Source: an uncultured Gammaproteobacteria bacterium
Lineage (GTDB): Bacteria; Patescibacteriota; Microgenomatia; UBA10105; UBA927
Assembly: GCA_964448085.1 (NCBI GenBank)
Contig: CAYUUX010000002.1
Span: 30,519 to 94,518 of the forward strand
Direction: 5' to 3'
DNA: 64,000 nucleotides
Part shown: piece by piece, positions 37,829 to 48,193 of the stretch
Layout: each line of letters begins with the position of its first letter
Numbering within the stretch: position 1 is the stretch's first letter
The notes under the pieces: model-generated
The model's database searches: none
Told to the model about the DNA's origin: nothing
What the model saw: the letters and a program-made list of their open reading frames with translations, nothing else
Program-made: the position numbers and the translations under genes

Positions 37829-40345
37829 TTAGTCCTTAATAAATGTGACCGCGAAAGCGTCACTTTCAAACATCGTGCTATTGTACTCGAGAAACCCATT
37901 GTTTGCAAGTGTAGGAGAACCACCATTAGCTGGTATTGCTTGCCACGAGGTGGGATAGGTTATTCTTGTTGTTGTCGGTATCGTATCTATTCCCGGTTGT
38001 TTTTGTGTATAGACCGATACGTTGAATTGATTTTTTTTGATCAATGCGGTTATATCTCGTTCATACCGAATTTCGATAACAGACTCTCCGCCTTGTTTTG
38101 TGTCTGCCGCAAGCCCGATGACGGTATAGGAGGGATGAGAAATTGTGTCCAGTTCACCATATGGCAACAAGAGAGATGTATTTTTTCCTGTTCCTTTTTT
38201 GGGAACCGATACGTCATTGATCCGAAACAAGGTGATGTGCGCATCACGGGGAACGAATGCGCGCATATACATTCGATACAATCCGCTCCCCTGTTCATCC
38301 TTGCTTGTGTTCCGTATCGTTCTGGTGATGGTTTCAGTCAAACGGCCGTTTTCCTCAATTTCAATATGGCGCAAATCTTTTCTCGAGACAAAATAATTTG
38401 CCTTGTTTACTCCTAAGTTTGCTTCATTAAATATGTGTGGAAGTTGTATACAGGAATCTGCATCTTCGTATGCACAACGTGTGTTCTCGGGTATTGTGGC
38501 AAGCCAACTAAACTGAGTTACGAGCTGTTGCGGCTCACGCTCTTGAAGATATAGTTGAATATCGTGAGAATCCAGCGCCGCTTTCAACAGCCGGAAGAGT
38601 GCCATTGGTGCATTCTGTTTAACCAATTGTGTCAATATCCCAGATAATAACGTTCCCAGGAAATCCTTTTTTTGTGTGGATCCCGGAAAGAAATCTTCTT
38701 GTGTGTATTGCAACGATTTGGAAAAAAAGTTTGTTGCGTCAATGACGTCTCCAGAATCCGATAACTGGATAGGACCGGTCACTTCTAATATTTTGGCGAT
38801 GAGCGAAGCATTGAGAGCAATGACAGCATTTGCGGTTTCCCCCGTTTCCTTTTCATAAAACCACAAAGCGCGTTTTGCAGATTCAATGAAATCCGGATTC
38901 CAGTTGCTATCCCGAAGATACCAATGTTCTTGTTTTAATATATCGCGGATCGGTTCCGGAGGGTCGACGTGTCCTTTGAGTTGCCCGTCAATCGTATAAA
39001 TGTCCTGGATTTCCATATTGGTCATTTTCCCCTCTGTAATTGTGAGTTTCATGAATGAGCCAATGAATCCACCAGTTGGTCGTAATTCCATATTGTTTTG
39101 TAACAATATCAAGAATGTATATGGGGATTTATATCCTGATATGTAGGGATACAACAGCAGTACGCGTTCTGCCGTTACTATTGCACTTTGCAGGTCGTCA
39201 ATTATTTGTATCCCCTTCTCCAAAAATGGTTCTGCAGGAAGCGTGCGAAGGAATATGGGAGGGTGTTTTTGTATTTTCTCCATCAGCGCATGTGTGACGT
39301 CGACGTGCGTGTGAAGCGTGAGCAGTTCTATTTTTATCTGTTCTAACGCAAGAACGTTAGAAGTGTTCTCTTCCAAAAGACTCCCAATATTTTTCCATGA
39401 CATGATTAGTGGTGTCACTTGGGTGCTTATTCGGTTAAGCGAGGTTTCGATGGTGATAATTTTTTCATACACAGCCAGAAGCGTGTGTTCTGGTTCTGTT
39501 GAAAAAGATGGTGCAATGATTCGTATCGGGAATTCAAGTATTTGAAGACCGGTGTTTGCCAGGATAAGTGATTTATCTGCGTAGCGAGTCCACGAACTGG
39601 TACAGGAATTCTGTTTAGCAATGCAAGAGGCCCCCAGTTTTAAAAAATATGGCGTTGTGATGTTGCCTATTCCGTAAAAAAGTATTGGAAGAGCGAAGAG
39701 GACGAGTATGCACACGCCTATGATTTTTTTTCTACCGGTTTTTTTAGTCAACCGCTTGGATACCATGGGTTTTTGTTGGTTTGTTGGTTTATATACAGAC
39801 TGTACAGTTTTTTGTATGCGTTGCTCATTTTCTATTTTTTCCACTTCTGATTTTTGTATAAATTGGTCACGTAAGTTTGGGTTATTCTTTGCGTACGTTT
39901 CCAAAGGAATTGATTGTTTTTGATAGGGTGTTGTTTGTAGGTCCTCAATTTTTGTTGAGCCGACAAAAAAAATATTCATTATTGTGTTAAGAAGCTGAGG
40001 TGAAATATTTGTCGGATCAACGAGAAGTATTTTTCGATCACTTCGTATAAACTCCTGTGCGCGCTCGTATTCTGTTTGCCAAAGAAGAAGCAACACTTTT
40101 TCTCCATGAATATGGTAGGTTCCGAGAATTTTTTTCACGAATTCATAATCACCCGCTATGATGTGATAGGTGCAAGAAAGTGTCGGCGACGCGTTGACGA
40201 ACGTTTGACAACCGTTTATAGAAAAAAATTCCCGTATCGGTATTACATACCCCTCATCCATCGCATCAATACGCACTATCGGAAGTGATATGGAATTTAT
40301 TGTTGACGTCCTTTTTCCCGGGTTTTGCATAGGAGAATGCTTCAA
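37829..40345 (-). CDS. large (838 aa) membrane-anchored protein of unknown function
   Basis: About 220-aa cytoplasmic N-terminus, a single TM helix (IIGVCILVLFALPILFYGI), and a roughly 590-aa extracytoplasmic region. No catalytic motif recognised. Confidence 0.45.
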   Translation of the reverse strand: MKHSPMQNPGKRTSTINSISLPIVRIDAMDEGYVIPIREFFSINGCQTFVNASPTLSCTYHIIAGDYEFVKKILGTYHIHGEKVLLLLWQTEYERAQEFIRSDRKILLVDPTNISPQLLNTIMNIFFVGSTKIEDLQTTPYQKQSIPLETYAKNNPNLRDQFIQKSEVEKIENEQRIQKTVQSVYKPTNQQKPMVSKRLTKKTGRKKIIGVCILVLFALPILFYGIGNITTPYFLKLGASCIAKQNSCTSSWTRYADKSLILANTGLQILEFPIRIIAPSFSTEPEHTLLAVYEKIITIETSLNRISTQVTPLIMSWKNIGSLLEENTSNVLALEQIKIELLTLHTHVDVTHALMEKIQKHPPIFLRTLPAEPFLEKGIQIIDDLQSAIVTAERVLLLYPYISGYKSPYTFLILLQNNMELRPTGGFIGSFMKLTITEGKMTNMEIQDIYTIDGQLKGHVDPPEPIRDILKQEHWYLRDSNWNPDFIESAKRALWFYEKETGETANAVIALNASLIAKILEVTGPIQLSDSGDVIDATNFFSKSLQYTQEDFFPGSTQKKDFLGTLLSGILTQLVKQNAPMALFRLLKAALDSHDIQLYLQEREPQQLVTQFSWLATIPENTRCAYEDADSCIQLPHIFNEANLGVNKANYFVSRKDLRHIEIEENGRLTETITRTIRNTSKDEQGSGLYRMYMRAFVPRDAHITLFRINDVSVPKKGTGKNTSLLLPYGELDTISHPSYTVIGLAADTKQGGESVIEIRYERDITALIKKNQFNVSVYTQKQPGIDTIPTTTRITYPTSWQAIPANGGSPTLANNGFLEYNSTMFESDAFAVTFIKD

Positions 40346-40442
40346 GCGGCATCAGTATTATGACAAAAAGAAAAGACGAAAACAACATTAATTTTTATCA
40401 GGTGAATTATACTTTCTTGTATAATCGCACATGAGAAGTGTT

Positions 40443-40862
40443 TTAGCGCATGTATTCGTCGAGGGATTTATTAACAAAGAAATCTGCACGAGCGTTTTGT
40501 TCACGAGGGATATTCTTGTAAAGTATTTTTGCACCGATATTTTGTTCGAGTGTGTGAACTCGAAATGAAAGCTCTCGTAATTTTGCATCCTTAATTTTAA
40601 ACAACCCATTTAACTGATTGACGACCAACAACGAATCAAGAAAACAGGTGACCAATGCATCTTTTTCTATATCCATTTCTCGGAGTGATTCAAATGCGTA
40701 AATGACTGCGGTGTATTCAGCAACATTATTTGTTGTTTCCCCTATATATGCACCAAATTCCTTAATCATCACCCCATTCTTTTTTATTGTTATTCCGACC
40801 GCGGCGGGACCAGGATTTCCTCTGGCTCCCCCATCCGTATTGATTGTGTATTGTGGATTCAT
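40443..40862 (-). CDS. rnhA: ribonuclease HI (type 1 RNase H)
   Basis: 139 aa. TDGGARGNPGPAAVGI...AEYTAVIYA...D...N RNase H1 catalytic pattern. Confidence 0.75.
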   Translation of the reverse strand: MNPQYTINTDGGARGNPGPAAVGITIKKNGVMIKEFGAYIGETTNNVAEYTAVIYAFESLREMDIEKDALVTCFLDSLLVVNQLNGLFKIKDAKLRELSFRVHTLEQNIGAKILYKNIPREQNARADFFVNKSLDEYMR

Positions 40863-40865
40863 GCG

Positions 40866-42122
40866 TCAAGTATCGCGAGATGTTCTCGTCTTGTCAAGAT
40901 TGTTTACTGCGATTGTAGAGCACACAAGTACGAAAAGTTCAGAAATCACCGTGATCCACGCCGCTGCGATATACCCATAGAGGGGGACGAACAGTAGGTT
41001 GGCAATAATGTTTCCAACCATCGATATTCCGTAGATGCGAAGTAAACTCCCCTGTTTATTGCCAACAACTAGAAGCCACATCGTGAAAGATGTTAGGAAA
41101 AACACCGGAACGCCACCAAAAAGTATTTGCATGGGAATGCGACTTGCTGCAAATTCAGGACGAATATGATACAGAAGTGGTGCGGTCATCCAACCGATGT
41201 ACACAATGGCAATGGACGCGGCGAAAAGAAACAACAATGATTGTTGTTTTCTGCGGTGGAATAGATCCGCATCGTGTGATTTTTTCGCCTGTACTAACAA
41301 CGGGAAAACCGCGTTCATAAAAAAAGTAGGTATCACCAAAACTAATTCAAAAAATTTATAGGCGAGTCCATAGATACCGACTTCTTCAGTTGGTCTCGTA
41401 AGTGTAAGGATGAAACTGTCCGCATGGAAATATACAACGTTGCATATGAGAGTAAATCCTAGAGGGAGGGCGACGGTCAAAAGCTGTTTTGCTAACGTGC
41501 TATCCAATATAATATGAAACGTTGCGTCGAGCTTGTGTGCAAATATAAATGCAAGCGTGACGGTAAGAAGTGATCCAAAAAGCAGTATTCCCAATATATG
41601 ATTGAGTGATAGAGGAGTGATTTGTGATACAAGAAACACCGTTAAGAAGGAGAAAACCGCTCCTGCACCCACGGAAAAAGTAGAAAAAAGGTACCGAAGA
41701 TTTTTCTGGAAAATAGCGTTTGTTGTCGTAAGCAGTGCCTGTAAAAGAATGGAAGGAGTAAAAAGGATTATTCCGATTTTTACCGCCATTGCATACCCCT
41801 GACTTCCAGAGCTTGGGAGAATGAGCAGCAGGAGAAGCGCAAAGCACGCGGATACCACGCCGATGCACAAACGGAGAGTGAAGAGGGTATTGGTAAGCTG
41901 TTTTTTATTGTCGGCATTTACCAGTTGAACATATGCAGCATTGAGTCCAAAATCAGAAAAAAGGTAAAAGATTGCAACATAGGTAGTAATTTTTATGAAG
42001 TCGCCATAGCCCGCGACGCCCAGTTGTCTTGCCAACACCAAGCTGATCAGAAAGGTGAGACCGCCTGAAATTACTTTTCCAAGAATCTGCACGGCGGTAT
42101 TCCACAGGACTGTTTTTTTCAT
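40866..42122 (-). CDS. polysaccharide/oligosaccharide flippase, MOP superfamily (Wzx-like)
   Basis: 418 aa, about 12 TM helices, and an N-terminal pattern typical of PST-family flippases. Confidence 0.7.
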   Translation of the reverse strand: MKKTVLWNTAVQILGKVISGGLTFLISLVLARQLGVAGYGDFIKITTYVAIFYLFSDFGLNAAYVQLVNADNKKQLTNTLFTLRLCIGVVSACFALLLLLILPSSGSQGYAMAVKIGIILFTPSILLQALLTTTNAIFQKNLRYLFSTFSVGAGAVFSFLTVFLVSQITPLSLNHILGILLFGSLLTVTLAFIFAHKLDATFHIILDSTLAKQLLTVALPLGFTLICNVVYFHADSFILTLTRPTEEVGIYGLAYKFFELVLVIPTFFMNAVFPLLVQAKKSHDADLFHRRKQQSLLFLFAASIAIVYIGWMTAPLLYHIRPEFAASRIPMQILFGGVPVFFLTSFTMWLLVVGNKQGSLLRIYGISMVGNIIANLLFVPLYGYIAAAWITVISELFVLVCSTIAVNNLDKTRTSRDT

Positions 42123-42127
42123 TACGC

Positions 42128-43408
42128 CTATTGTATCAATTTTTTGGAGGAGGGAGCGAGAGTTGTGGCAAGAAGCACGGTGAGAAAAAGTTGCCCCTGT
42201 TGAAGTGTCCAGCTATAGTGGTCAACGAGCCCCAGAATGAGAAATGAAATAAGAGGAAGAGTATGAATGAGTGGGATGTGTTTCTTTTTTATCCTACTAA
42301 CATAGAATTTGCCAAGAATGAGGAGCAGTGTGAAGCCGACAAGTCCAGTTTCCACAATAATCAATGCCGGGACGGAATGAACCGGTTGAATGAAATAGAG
42401 ATGCTTAGCGTCAAGGACACTCGGAAGAAGAACAATAAATTGTCCCAAGCCGGTACCAAAGAGTGGATATGTTTTCCACAATTTACCAGTTATTCTTAAT
42501 AGCTCAATTCTTTCAATTACACTCTCGTTTGCTGCAAGCAACAAAGAAAAATACCTCAACGATATGAGTGTTACTCCTATCAGGAGTACACCGATAAGTG
42601 CTTTCCAAATCGGTGGTATTTTGTATTGCTTGCGCAGCATCAGGCTGATTCCGACTAGAGCAACGATCCAGGATGACCTACTGAATGTGCACGCAAGCGC
42701 GCACGACGCTATGCCAATGGTGATTGCGCTGAACATCTTGAAATACCGATTCCGCTCATTGGTTGCCGAATACATAAGTAGGGGAATGGTTATGGCAAGA
42801 AACCCCGCGAGCACATTTGGGTGTGGGAATGTTGCATACGGCCGCAACAATTCTGTACACGCTGACGACGTGAGCCAGCACCAATCCACTTTTGCAATTC
42901 CAGGAGTTGTACTCTGAAACGTTCGTTCTCCGACGAACCAGAAAATAGAACCAACACTATGTTGCAACGCAAACTGCACAATCGCAAGTATGGAGGAATA
43001 GAGCATCGGAATGATAAGGCATGCCGCTGTGAAGCGTAACGATATTTTTGTACGGTATATATACAATCCAAAGATGGCAAACTCAGCTATTTTTCCCCAT
43101 CTATATACGGCAACAAACGGACTTCGCGAAATCAAAATATTGATAATGATGCATGCCCCTATTGTACCGTACCATTTCCAGTTTGACCGGACCGACTTTG
43201 TTATCAATTGCCATATGTTTGTACGTTGATATAGCATCCACGAACATACCGTTGCACACATACAGATGTCAGTTACAAAGAGTGTGGGAGAGAGATAATC
43301 AATCCGTCTTCCAAGAACAAATGCCCAATCAGGCCAAAGATGCAATCCTAACTGAGAAGGGAGAAGTATGATTGTCAGAATGTATAACAGTCTATGAAGC
43401 GGCATCAA
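42128..43408 (-). CDS. O-antigen ligase/polymerase (Wzy-like) polytopic membrane protein
   Basis: 426 aa, at least 10 TM helices with a large external loop. Adjacent to the flippase. Confidence 0.55.
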   Translation of the reverse strand: MMPLHRLLYILTIILLPSQLGLHLWPDWAFVLGRRIDYLSPTLFVTDICMCATVCSWMLYQRTNIWQLITKSVRSNWKWYGTIGACIIINILISRSPFVAVYRWGKIAEFAIFGLYIYRTKISLRFTAACLIIPMLYSSILAIVQFALQHSVGSIFWFVGERTFQSTTPGIAKVDWCWLTSSACTELLRPYATFPHPNVLAGFLAITIPLLMYSATNERNRYFKMFSAITIGIASCALACTFSRSSWIVALVGISLMLRKQYKIPPIWKALIGVLLIGVTLISLRYFSLLLAANESVIERIELLRITGKLWKTYPLFGTGLGQFIVLLPSVLDAKHLYFIQPVHSVPALIIVETGLVGFTLLLILGKFYVSRIKKKHIPLIHTLPLISFLILGLVDHYSWTLQQGQLFLTVLLATTLAPSSKKLIQ

Positions 43409-43434
43409 GGACAGTATAAGAGGATATGCTTGCG

Positions 43435-43890
43435 TTATGCAACTTTCGGGGATATCACGAGTTTTCTCTCTTGCCCCAGTCCGGTTGATTCGGTCGATAC
43501 GCGATCATCTCCCTGGAGTGTGAGATGTATGACTCTTCGTTCAGCGGATGAAAGGTGTGCCAATTCCACTGGTCTGCCAGAAGAAATTGCTCTTTCTGCT
43601 GCGCGTTGCGCCATATACATAAGCGCTTCTTCACGTTTTTCTCGATAATCGCCGACGTTAACATACACTCGTTGCCACGCGCCAAGTTGTTTGGAAACGA
43701 TCATTCCTAAAAGCATCTGAAAGCTTTCCAATGTTTTACCATGAAATCCTATGAGAAGTCCTGTTTCTTCTGTATTGATGTTCACTCTATATGCTCCCGA
43801 TTCATCGATGTCTACAGAAACCGTACTGATGATGCCGATGCGCTCCAGAAGGTTTTCAGCTATTTCTTTAATTGTTGTTATTGGATCCAT
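43435..43890 (-). CDS. jag: RNA-binding protein Jag/KhpB (KH + R3H domains)
   Basis: MDPITTIKEIAENLLERIGI...GLLIGFHGKTLESFQ (KH) and RVIHLTL (R3H). In the conserved position after yidC. Start trimmed to the internal Met. Confidence 0.75.
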   Translation of the reverse strand: MDPITTIKEIAENLLERIGIISTVSVDIDESGAYRVNINTEETGLLIGFHGKTLESFQMLLGMIVSKQLGAWQRVYVNVGDYREKREEALMYMAQRAAERAISSGRPVELAHLSSAERRVIHLTLQGDDRVSTESTGLGQERKLVISPKVA

Positions 43891-43891
43891 A

Positions 43892-44683
43892 TTATTTTCC
43901 TTTGTTAATTTGTAACTGCTGCATGATACCAAAAAGACCAAAGATATTCCAATATAGTGCGAGGCCAACAGGAAGCTGTAGTGCAAAGAACCCAAACATG
44001 ATTGGCGTAATAAACATCATTTGTTTCTGCATATCTGCCATTGTGTCCTGTTTCTTGTCCTTGTCGGTTTCTTGAGTTTTGACGGCAACAGCTGTGGTTT
44101 TTGGTGACATGAGTTTTGTTTGCCACAATTGAAGTCCTCCTGTAATGATCGGTATCATGAGAAGCCACCAGCCGTATTGTTGCCATTCTGCGGGTTTTAT
44201 CGCCAGGTTCGTTCCCAAAAAATGAATATCGAAATTTTGCACTTTCAAAAACGGAGCGTAGACAATCGCATTGATATCTTCGAGAAGTTTTGTGCCGTTT
44301 CCATTTCCCAGTACCTGATAAAATACATTGTACAAAGCGATCAGTATTGGAAATTGAATAAGTGTTGGCAAACAACCAGCTGCGGGATTCACTCCGTGTT
44401 CTTTATAGAGGGCAAGTTGTGCCTGTTGGAGTGCTTGTTTGTCGTCTTTGTGTTTTGCACTTAAGGCATCCAAATGCGGTTTCATATCCGCCATTTTTTT
44501 TGCGCTTTTTAATTGAGCATTCATCAAAGGATAGAGGAGAATTCGAACCGTGATCGTGAGAAGAATAATTGCGAAACCAAGAGGTCCTGGAAGTTGCAGC
44601 CATTCGCAGAATTTATAAAATACCACAAGCAAATTTGTGATTGGCCATATCAATAATTGATTCCAGATCGTCGGATTTGTCAT
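43892..44683 (-). CDS. yidC: membrane protein insertase YidC (short form)
   Basis: 263 aa, 5 TM helices. Conserved YidC core (LLIWPITNLL...YPLMNAQLKS...GCLPTLIQFPILIALYNV). Confidence 0.8.
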   Translation of the reverse strand: MTNPTIWNQLLIWPITNLLVVFYKFCEWLQLPGPLGFAIILLTITVRILLYPLMNAQLKSAKKMADMKPHLDALSAKHKDDKQALQQAQLALYKEHGVNPAAGCLPTLIQFPILIALYNVFYQVLGNGNGTKLLEDINAIVYAPFLKVQNFDIHFLGTNLAIKPAEWQQYGWWLLMIPIITGGLQLWQTKLMSPKTTAVAVKTQETDKDKKQDTMADMQKQMMFITPIMFGFFALQLPVGLALYWNIFGLFGIMQQLQINKGK

Positions 44684-44925
44684 AGGTGTTTCGGTATCGG
44701 ATCAAAGCCTCCAGGGTTCCAAGGATGACACCGGATAAGACGCTTCAATCCCAACCGCAGTCCGGTCATTATACCATAGCGATCGATCGCTTGATACGTG
44801 TATTCGCTGCACGTTGGTGTAAAACGGCACACTTTATCCGTTATCCACAGTGTCCGTGCAAGTCCTGTGTCAAGCGAAAGATATTTTTGATAGAAGCGGA
44901 TTGCCTTTAACAACGCCTTTTTCAT
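44680..44925 (-). CDS. yidD: membrane protein insertion efficiency factor YidD
   Basis: 81 aa. CRFTPTCSEYTYQAI...RLIRCHPW matches the YidD/haemolytic-domain signature. Confidence 0.85.
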   Translation of the reverse strand: MKKALLKAIRFYQKYLSLDTGLARTLWITDKVCRFTPTCSEYTYQAIDRYGIMTGLRLGLKRLIRCHPWNPGGFDPIPKHL

Positions 44926-45266
44926 ATATTATCACCGCTTCTTCTCTTAAGCATTAGCGTAAGCTCTCTGAGAATATCAGACGTTTGTGTTTCTTGTATG
45001 TCTTTTTGAACAAACAAGATCAGATCCATGCTGCCAGAAGGATGTGATTGCAGCATCTGCATAAAGGCGGCATGGATTTTGCGTTTTATCCGGTTTCTTC
45101 CAACTGCTGTTTTTGCAACTTTCTTTCCTACGATTACCGCCATTTTGGTTTCTTTATTGTGCGTTGGAAGGAACTTGCAACTGAACTGATGTGTGAGCAT
45201 ACGGCTACCAGTTTTTTTTATGCGTGCAATATCTTGAGAAGACAACCTGTATCTTTGTGGAAGCAT
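44922..45266 (-). CDS. rnpA: ribonuclease P protein component
   Basis: 114 aa, basic. VIVGKKVAKTAVGRNRIKRKIH is the RnpA RNR motif. Conserved position between rpmH and yidD. Confidence 0.75.
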   Translation of the reverse strand: MLPQRYRLSSQDIARIKKTGSRMLTHQFSCKFLPTHNKETKMAVIVGKKVAKTAVGRNRIKRKIHAAFMQMLQSHPSGSMDLILFVQKDIQETQTSDILRELTLMLKRRSGDNI

Positions 45267-45309
45267 GATCGTATTATACCAACACCGTTTCGAAGATTGT
45301 ATAAAGCGC

Positions 45310-45450
45310 TTATACCGTCAGAATTTTTCTTCCGATAGCGCGACGGCGCTTGAGTACTCGACGTCCACCTTTGGTGCTCATCCGCTTTCGAAATCCATGC
45401 GTACGTGCACGTTTTATTTTGCTTGGTTGATAGACACGCTTTGTTGCCAT
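45310..45450 (-). CDS. rpmH: 50S ribosomal protein L34
   Basis: [46 protein letters not shown] (46 aa) is near-identical to the bacterial L34 consensus. Confidence 0.9.
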   Translation of the reverse strand: MATKRVYQPSKIKRARTHGFRKRMSTKGGRRVLKRRRAIGRKILTV

Positions 45451-45515
45451 AGTCGGATTATTATACTGAACATTTCTTTGTTTTTCAATACGACGTATAT
45501 GGAAAATGATACAAT

Positions 45516-46598
45516 ATGGCCATGCGACTCGGCGCATTACACCTGACATTTTTCAGGAATTACAAAAAACGCACATTCTCATTTGACGCACCAATTGTCC
45601 TTTTTGTTGGGGAAAACACCATAGGCAAAACGAATATTTTAGAAGCGATTTCGGTGCTTTCCGTCGGAAAGAGCTTTCGTGCACAGAAGGACAGTGATAT
45701 GGTTTTTTGGGGAAGCGAAGTGGGGCGCGTGCGGGGAGAGATTGTACGGGTCGTCGACAATACACAGGATGTTCTTTTATTGGAAATTGTCCTGACGACA
45801 GGATCGGTTGGAGGTCGCAAGACACACGTTAAAAAATATCTGGTAAATGGCGTAGCGCGCAGACAGGTCGATTTTATTGGGAATTTTCGTTCAGTCCTTT
45901 TTTCTCCTACGGACTTAGAATTGGTCACAGACAGTCCGAGCGTACGACGGGAATTTCTTAACGGTGTTTTGGTGCAGACGGATCGGGAGTATCGGAGAAG
46001 TATGTATTCCTATGAACGGGGATTGCGGCAGCGCAACTCTTTATTGGATCGTATCCATGAGGGAAGCGCGTCACCATCACAGCTTCTTTTTTGGGATCAT
46101 CTACTGATTAAAACCGGTGCGTATATTACGCAAACTCGCGAGTCTTTTATCGACTACATTAACAAGACAGCAAAAGACGATCTTTCATATAAACTTGTGT
46201 ATGATCCGAGCATCATATCGGAGACGCGTTTGGCACAATACGCTCAAGAGGAAATTGCCGCGAAGACCACTTTAATTGGTCCACAACGAGATGACTTCCG
46301 TTTTGAAAAATTGGGACGGGGGAGCACATCCATTGATATATCCCGTTTTGGATCACGCGGCGAGCAACGGCTTGCGATTCTTTGGATTAAGCGGGCGGAG
46401 CTTGCATACATAGAAAAACAAACGGGAGAACGCCCCGTGTTGCTCCTTGATGATATTTTTTCGGAACTGGACGATAAAGGAAAACATATTGTTCTTGACA
46501 CCATTACAAAACAGCAAACCATTATTACTTCGGCGGAAGACGACACGCAACGTCTTTTGGAAAAGACACACGAAGCACAGACCATTCACTTACCATAA
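45516..46598 (+). CDS. recF: DNA replication and repair protein RecF
   Basis: 360 aa. N-terminal Walker [17 protein letters not shown]-terminal SMC-like signature and Walker [12 protein letters not shown]. Confidence 0.85.
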   Translation: MAMRLGALHLTFFRNYKKRTFSFDAPIVLFVGENTIGKTNILEAISVLSVGKSFRAQKDSDMVFWGSEVGRVRGEIVRVVDNTQDVLLLEIVLTTGSVGGRKTHVKKYLVNGVARRQVDFIGNFRSVLFSPTDLELVTDSPSVRREFLNGVLVQTDREYRRSMYSYERGLRQRNSLLDRIHEGSASPSQLLFWDHLLIKTGAYITQTRESFIDYINKTAKDDLSYKLVYDPSIISETRLAQYAQEEIAAKTTLIGPQRDDFRFEKLGRGSTSIDISRFGSRGEQRLAILWIKRAELAYIEKQTGERPVLLLDDIFSELDDKGKHIVLDTITKQQTIITSAEDDTQRLLEKTHEAQTIHLP

Positions 46599-46624
46599 GA
46601 GAATGCGTACAATATACACATACC

Positions 46625-47413
46625 ATGTTTCATATTCGCGACACCATTCAGCTCCCCAACCCCACATCCCATAAAGGGCAGAACGGAAGGTTGCTTATCA
46701 TCGGAGGATCCGCGTTGTTCCATTCGGCAAGCATGTGGTCGTTGACTGTTGCGTCGCGAATCGTTGACCTTGTGCATTATTCGTCTATACCGGAAAACAA
46801 CAAGTTGATACAAAAAGCAAAAGAAGAATTTAGGAACTGTATTGTTGTTGGAAGGGAAGACATTGATGCATATATACAGGAGGATGACTGTATCCTCATC
46901 GGTCCCGGGATGACCAGAAGTGAAGAAACCGCCAGTCTTACCAACATTCTTGTGTCTTCGTATCCAAAAAAACGATGGGTCATTGATGCGGGGGCGTTGC
47001 AAATGATTGATCCACATCGTATCCCCCACGGATCAATTTTAACTCCACACCACAAGGAATTTGCATACCTGCAGGAGAAGACAACTGATGGTATCACGCC
47101 GGAATTGTTTGCCAAACAGTATCAGTGCATCATTGTCCAAAAGGGGACGGTGGATATTGTAACAAATGGAGAAGTTACGGAGCATATTTCTGGTGGGAAC
47201 GCCGGCATGACAAAGGGAGGGACCGGTGACGTATTATCAGGACTCATTGCCGCACTGGCAACAACCAATGCACCGTTTGCTGCAGCATGTGCCGGTTCGT
47301 ATATTAACAAACAAGCGGGGGATGATTTATATGTTCGTGTCGGGCCCTTTTATAATGCTACGGATCTTGCAAACCAAATACCACTTACCATGAAGCGATT
47401 GTTCGTCCCTTAG
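46625..47413 (+). CDS. nnrD: ADP/ATP-dependent NAD(P)H-hydrate dehydratase (YjeF C-terminal domain only)
   Basis: GQNGRLLIIGGSALFHSASMW and GGNAGMTKGGTGDVLSGLIAAL carbohydrate-kinase-fold motifs. 262 aa with no epimerase half. Confidence 0.75.
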   Translation: MFHIRDTIQLPNPTSHKGQNGRLLIIGGSALFHSASMWSLTVASRIVDLVHYSSIPENNKLIQKAKEEFRNCIVVGREDIDAYIQEDDCILIGPGMTRSEETASLTNILVSSYPKKRWVIDAGALQMIDPHRIPHGSILTPHHKEFAYLQEKTTDGITPELFAKQYQCIIVQKGTVDIVTNGEVTEHISGGNAGMTKGGTGDVLSGLIAALATTNAPFAAACAGSYINKQAGDDLYVRVGPFYNATDLANQIPLTMKRLFVP

Positions 47414-48177
47414 AGCGCAGCACCCTGAAACCCGGGGCAATTACTTTTTGCCCATTCAAGAAATTCTTGTGTACATTCAAATTTTATCCCGGCGGTATCC
47501 ACAGTTGGCATACAATCAACCCATTCAGTCTCAGGGCACGTAAACGCAGCATCCTGTTTTACGGTACAGTCTACCGCTATGTTATGCCAACAATCACTTT
47601 TGCTCCCTGATCCCGAAAAAATCCATTCTGGAGGCGTCCCCGGTTTTTTTTGGTCTATAGCTCCCCAATACCATCCTTGTTCTTTTTCAGACTCCAATAT
47701 CTGTGGAATGTCAGCGTTTTCCGTTGTTTTCTGTGCCGCAGTAATTGCGTTATAGAACTCCCACTCATCCACGTCTTTGCCAAGCAATGTGCAGATTCCC
47801 TGTTGGCCGTCGGGATTTTCTTTTATGGATGCGGTTCCGCCCATACATGTACAAAATGTTGTAGCAGGATTTGTAAGACACGATGTTTCCGCATTTTCTT
47901 CGCATGTAGTTTCTTGGATACATGCCGTTACATCGGGTGTTGGTGTTGGCACGGGTGTCTCATCAACGGTTTTTTGAAAACCAAACTTATCCTTGAGTAC
48001 AGTAAAAATACCGCGGCCAACCGACGGGGTCATATCCCACTTCGTTTCACCATTTTCCGTTATGCGTTGTTCCGGGATGGGAAGAAGCAAGAGTAATAGG
48101 ATATAGGCGACAAAACCAAACACGAGAATAAGTATTCTGGGACTTTTCTTTTCCGAGGGGGGATTGGCAGGATCCAT
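47410..48177 (-). CDS. hypothetical Cys-rich secreted/membrane-anchored protein
   Basis: 255 aa. N-terminal TM anchor, then a domain with about 16 Cys in paired patterns (CIQETTCEENAETSC...CTC). No family assigned. Confidence 0.4.
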   Translation of the reverse strand: MDPANPPSEKKSPRILILVFGFVAYILLLLLLPIPEQRITENGETKWDMTPSVGRGIFTVLKDKFGFQKTVDETPVPTPTPDVTACIQETTCEENAETSCLTNPATTFCTCMGGTASIKENPDGQQGICTLLGKDVDEWEFYNAITAAQKTTENADIPQILESEKEQGWYWGAIDQKKPGTPPEWIFSGSGSKSDCWHNIAVDCTVKQDAAFTCPETEWVDCMPTVDTAGIKFECTQEFLEWAKSNCPGFQGAAL

Positions 48178-48193
48178 ATACTGTTAGTATACA

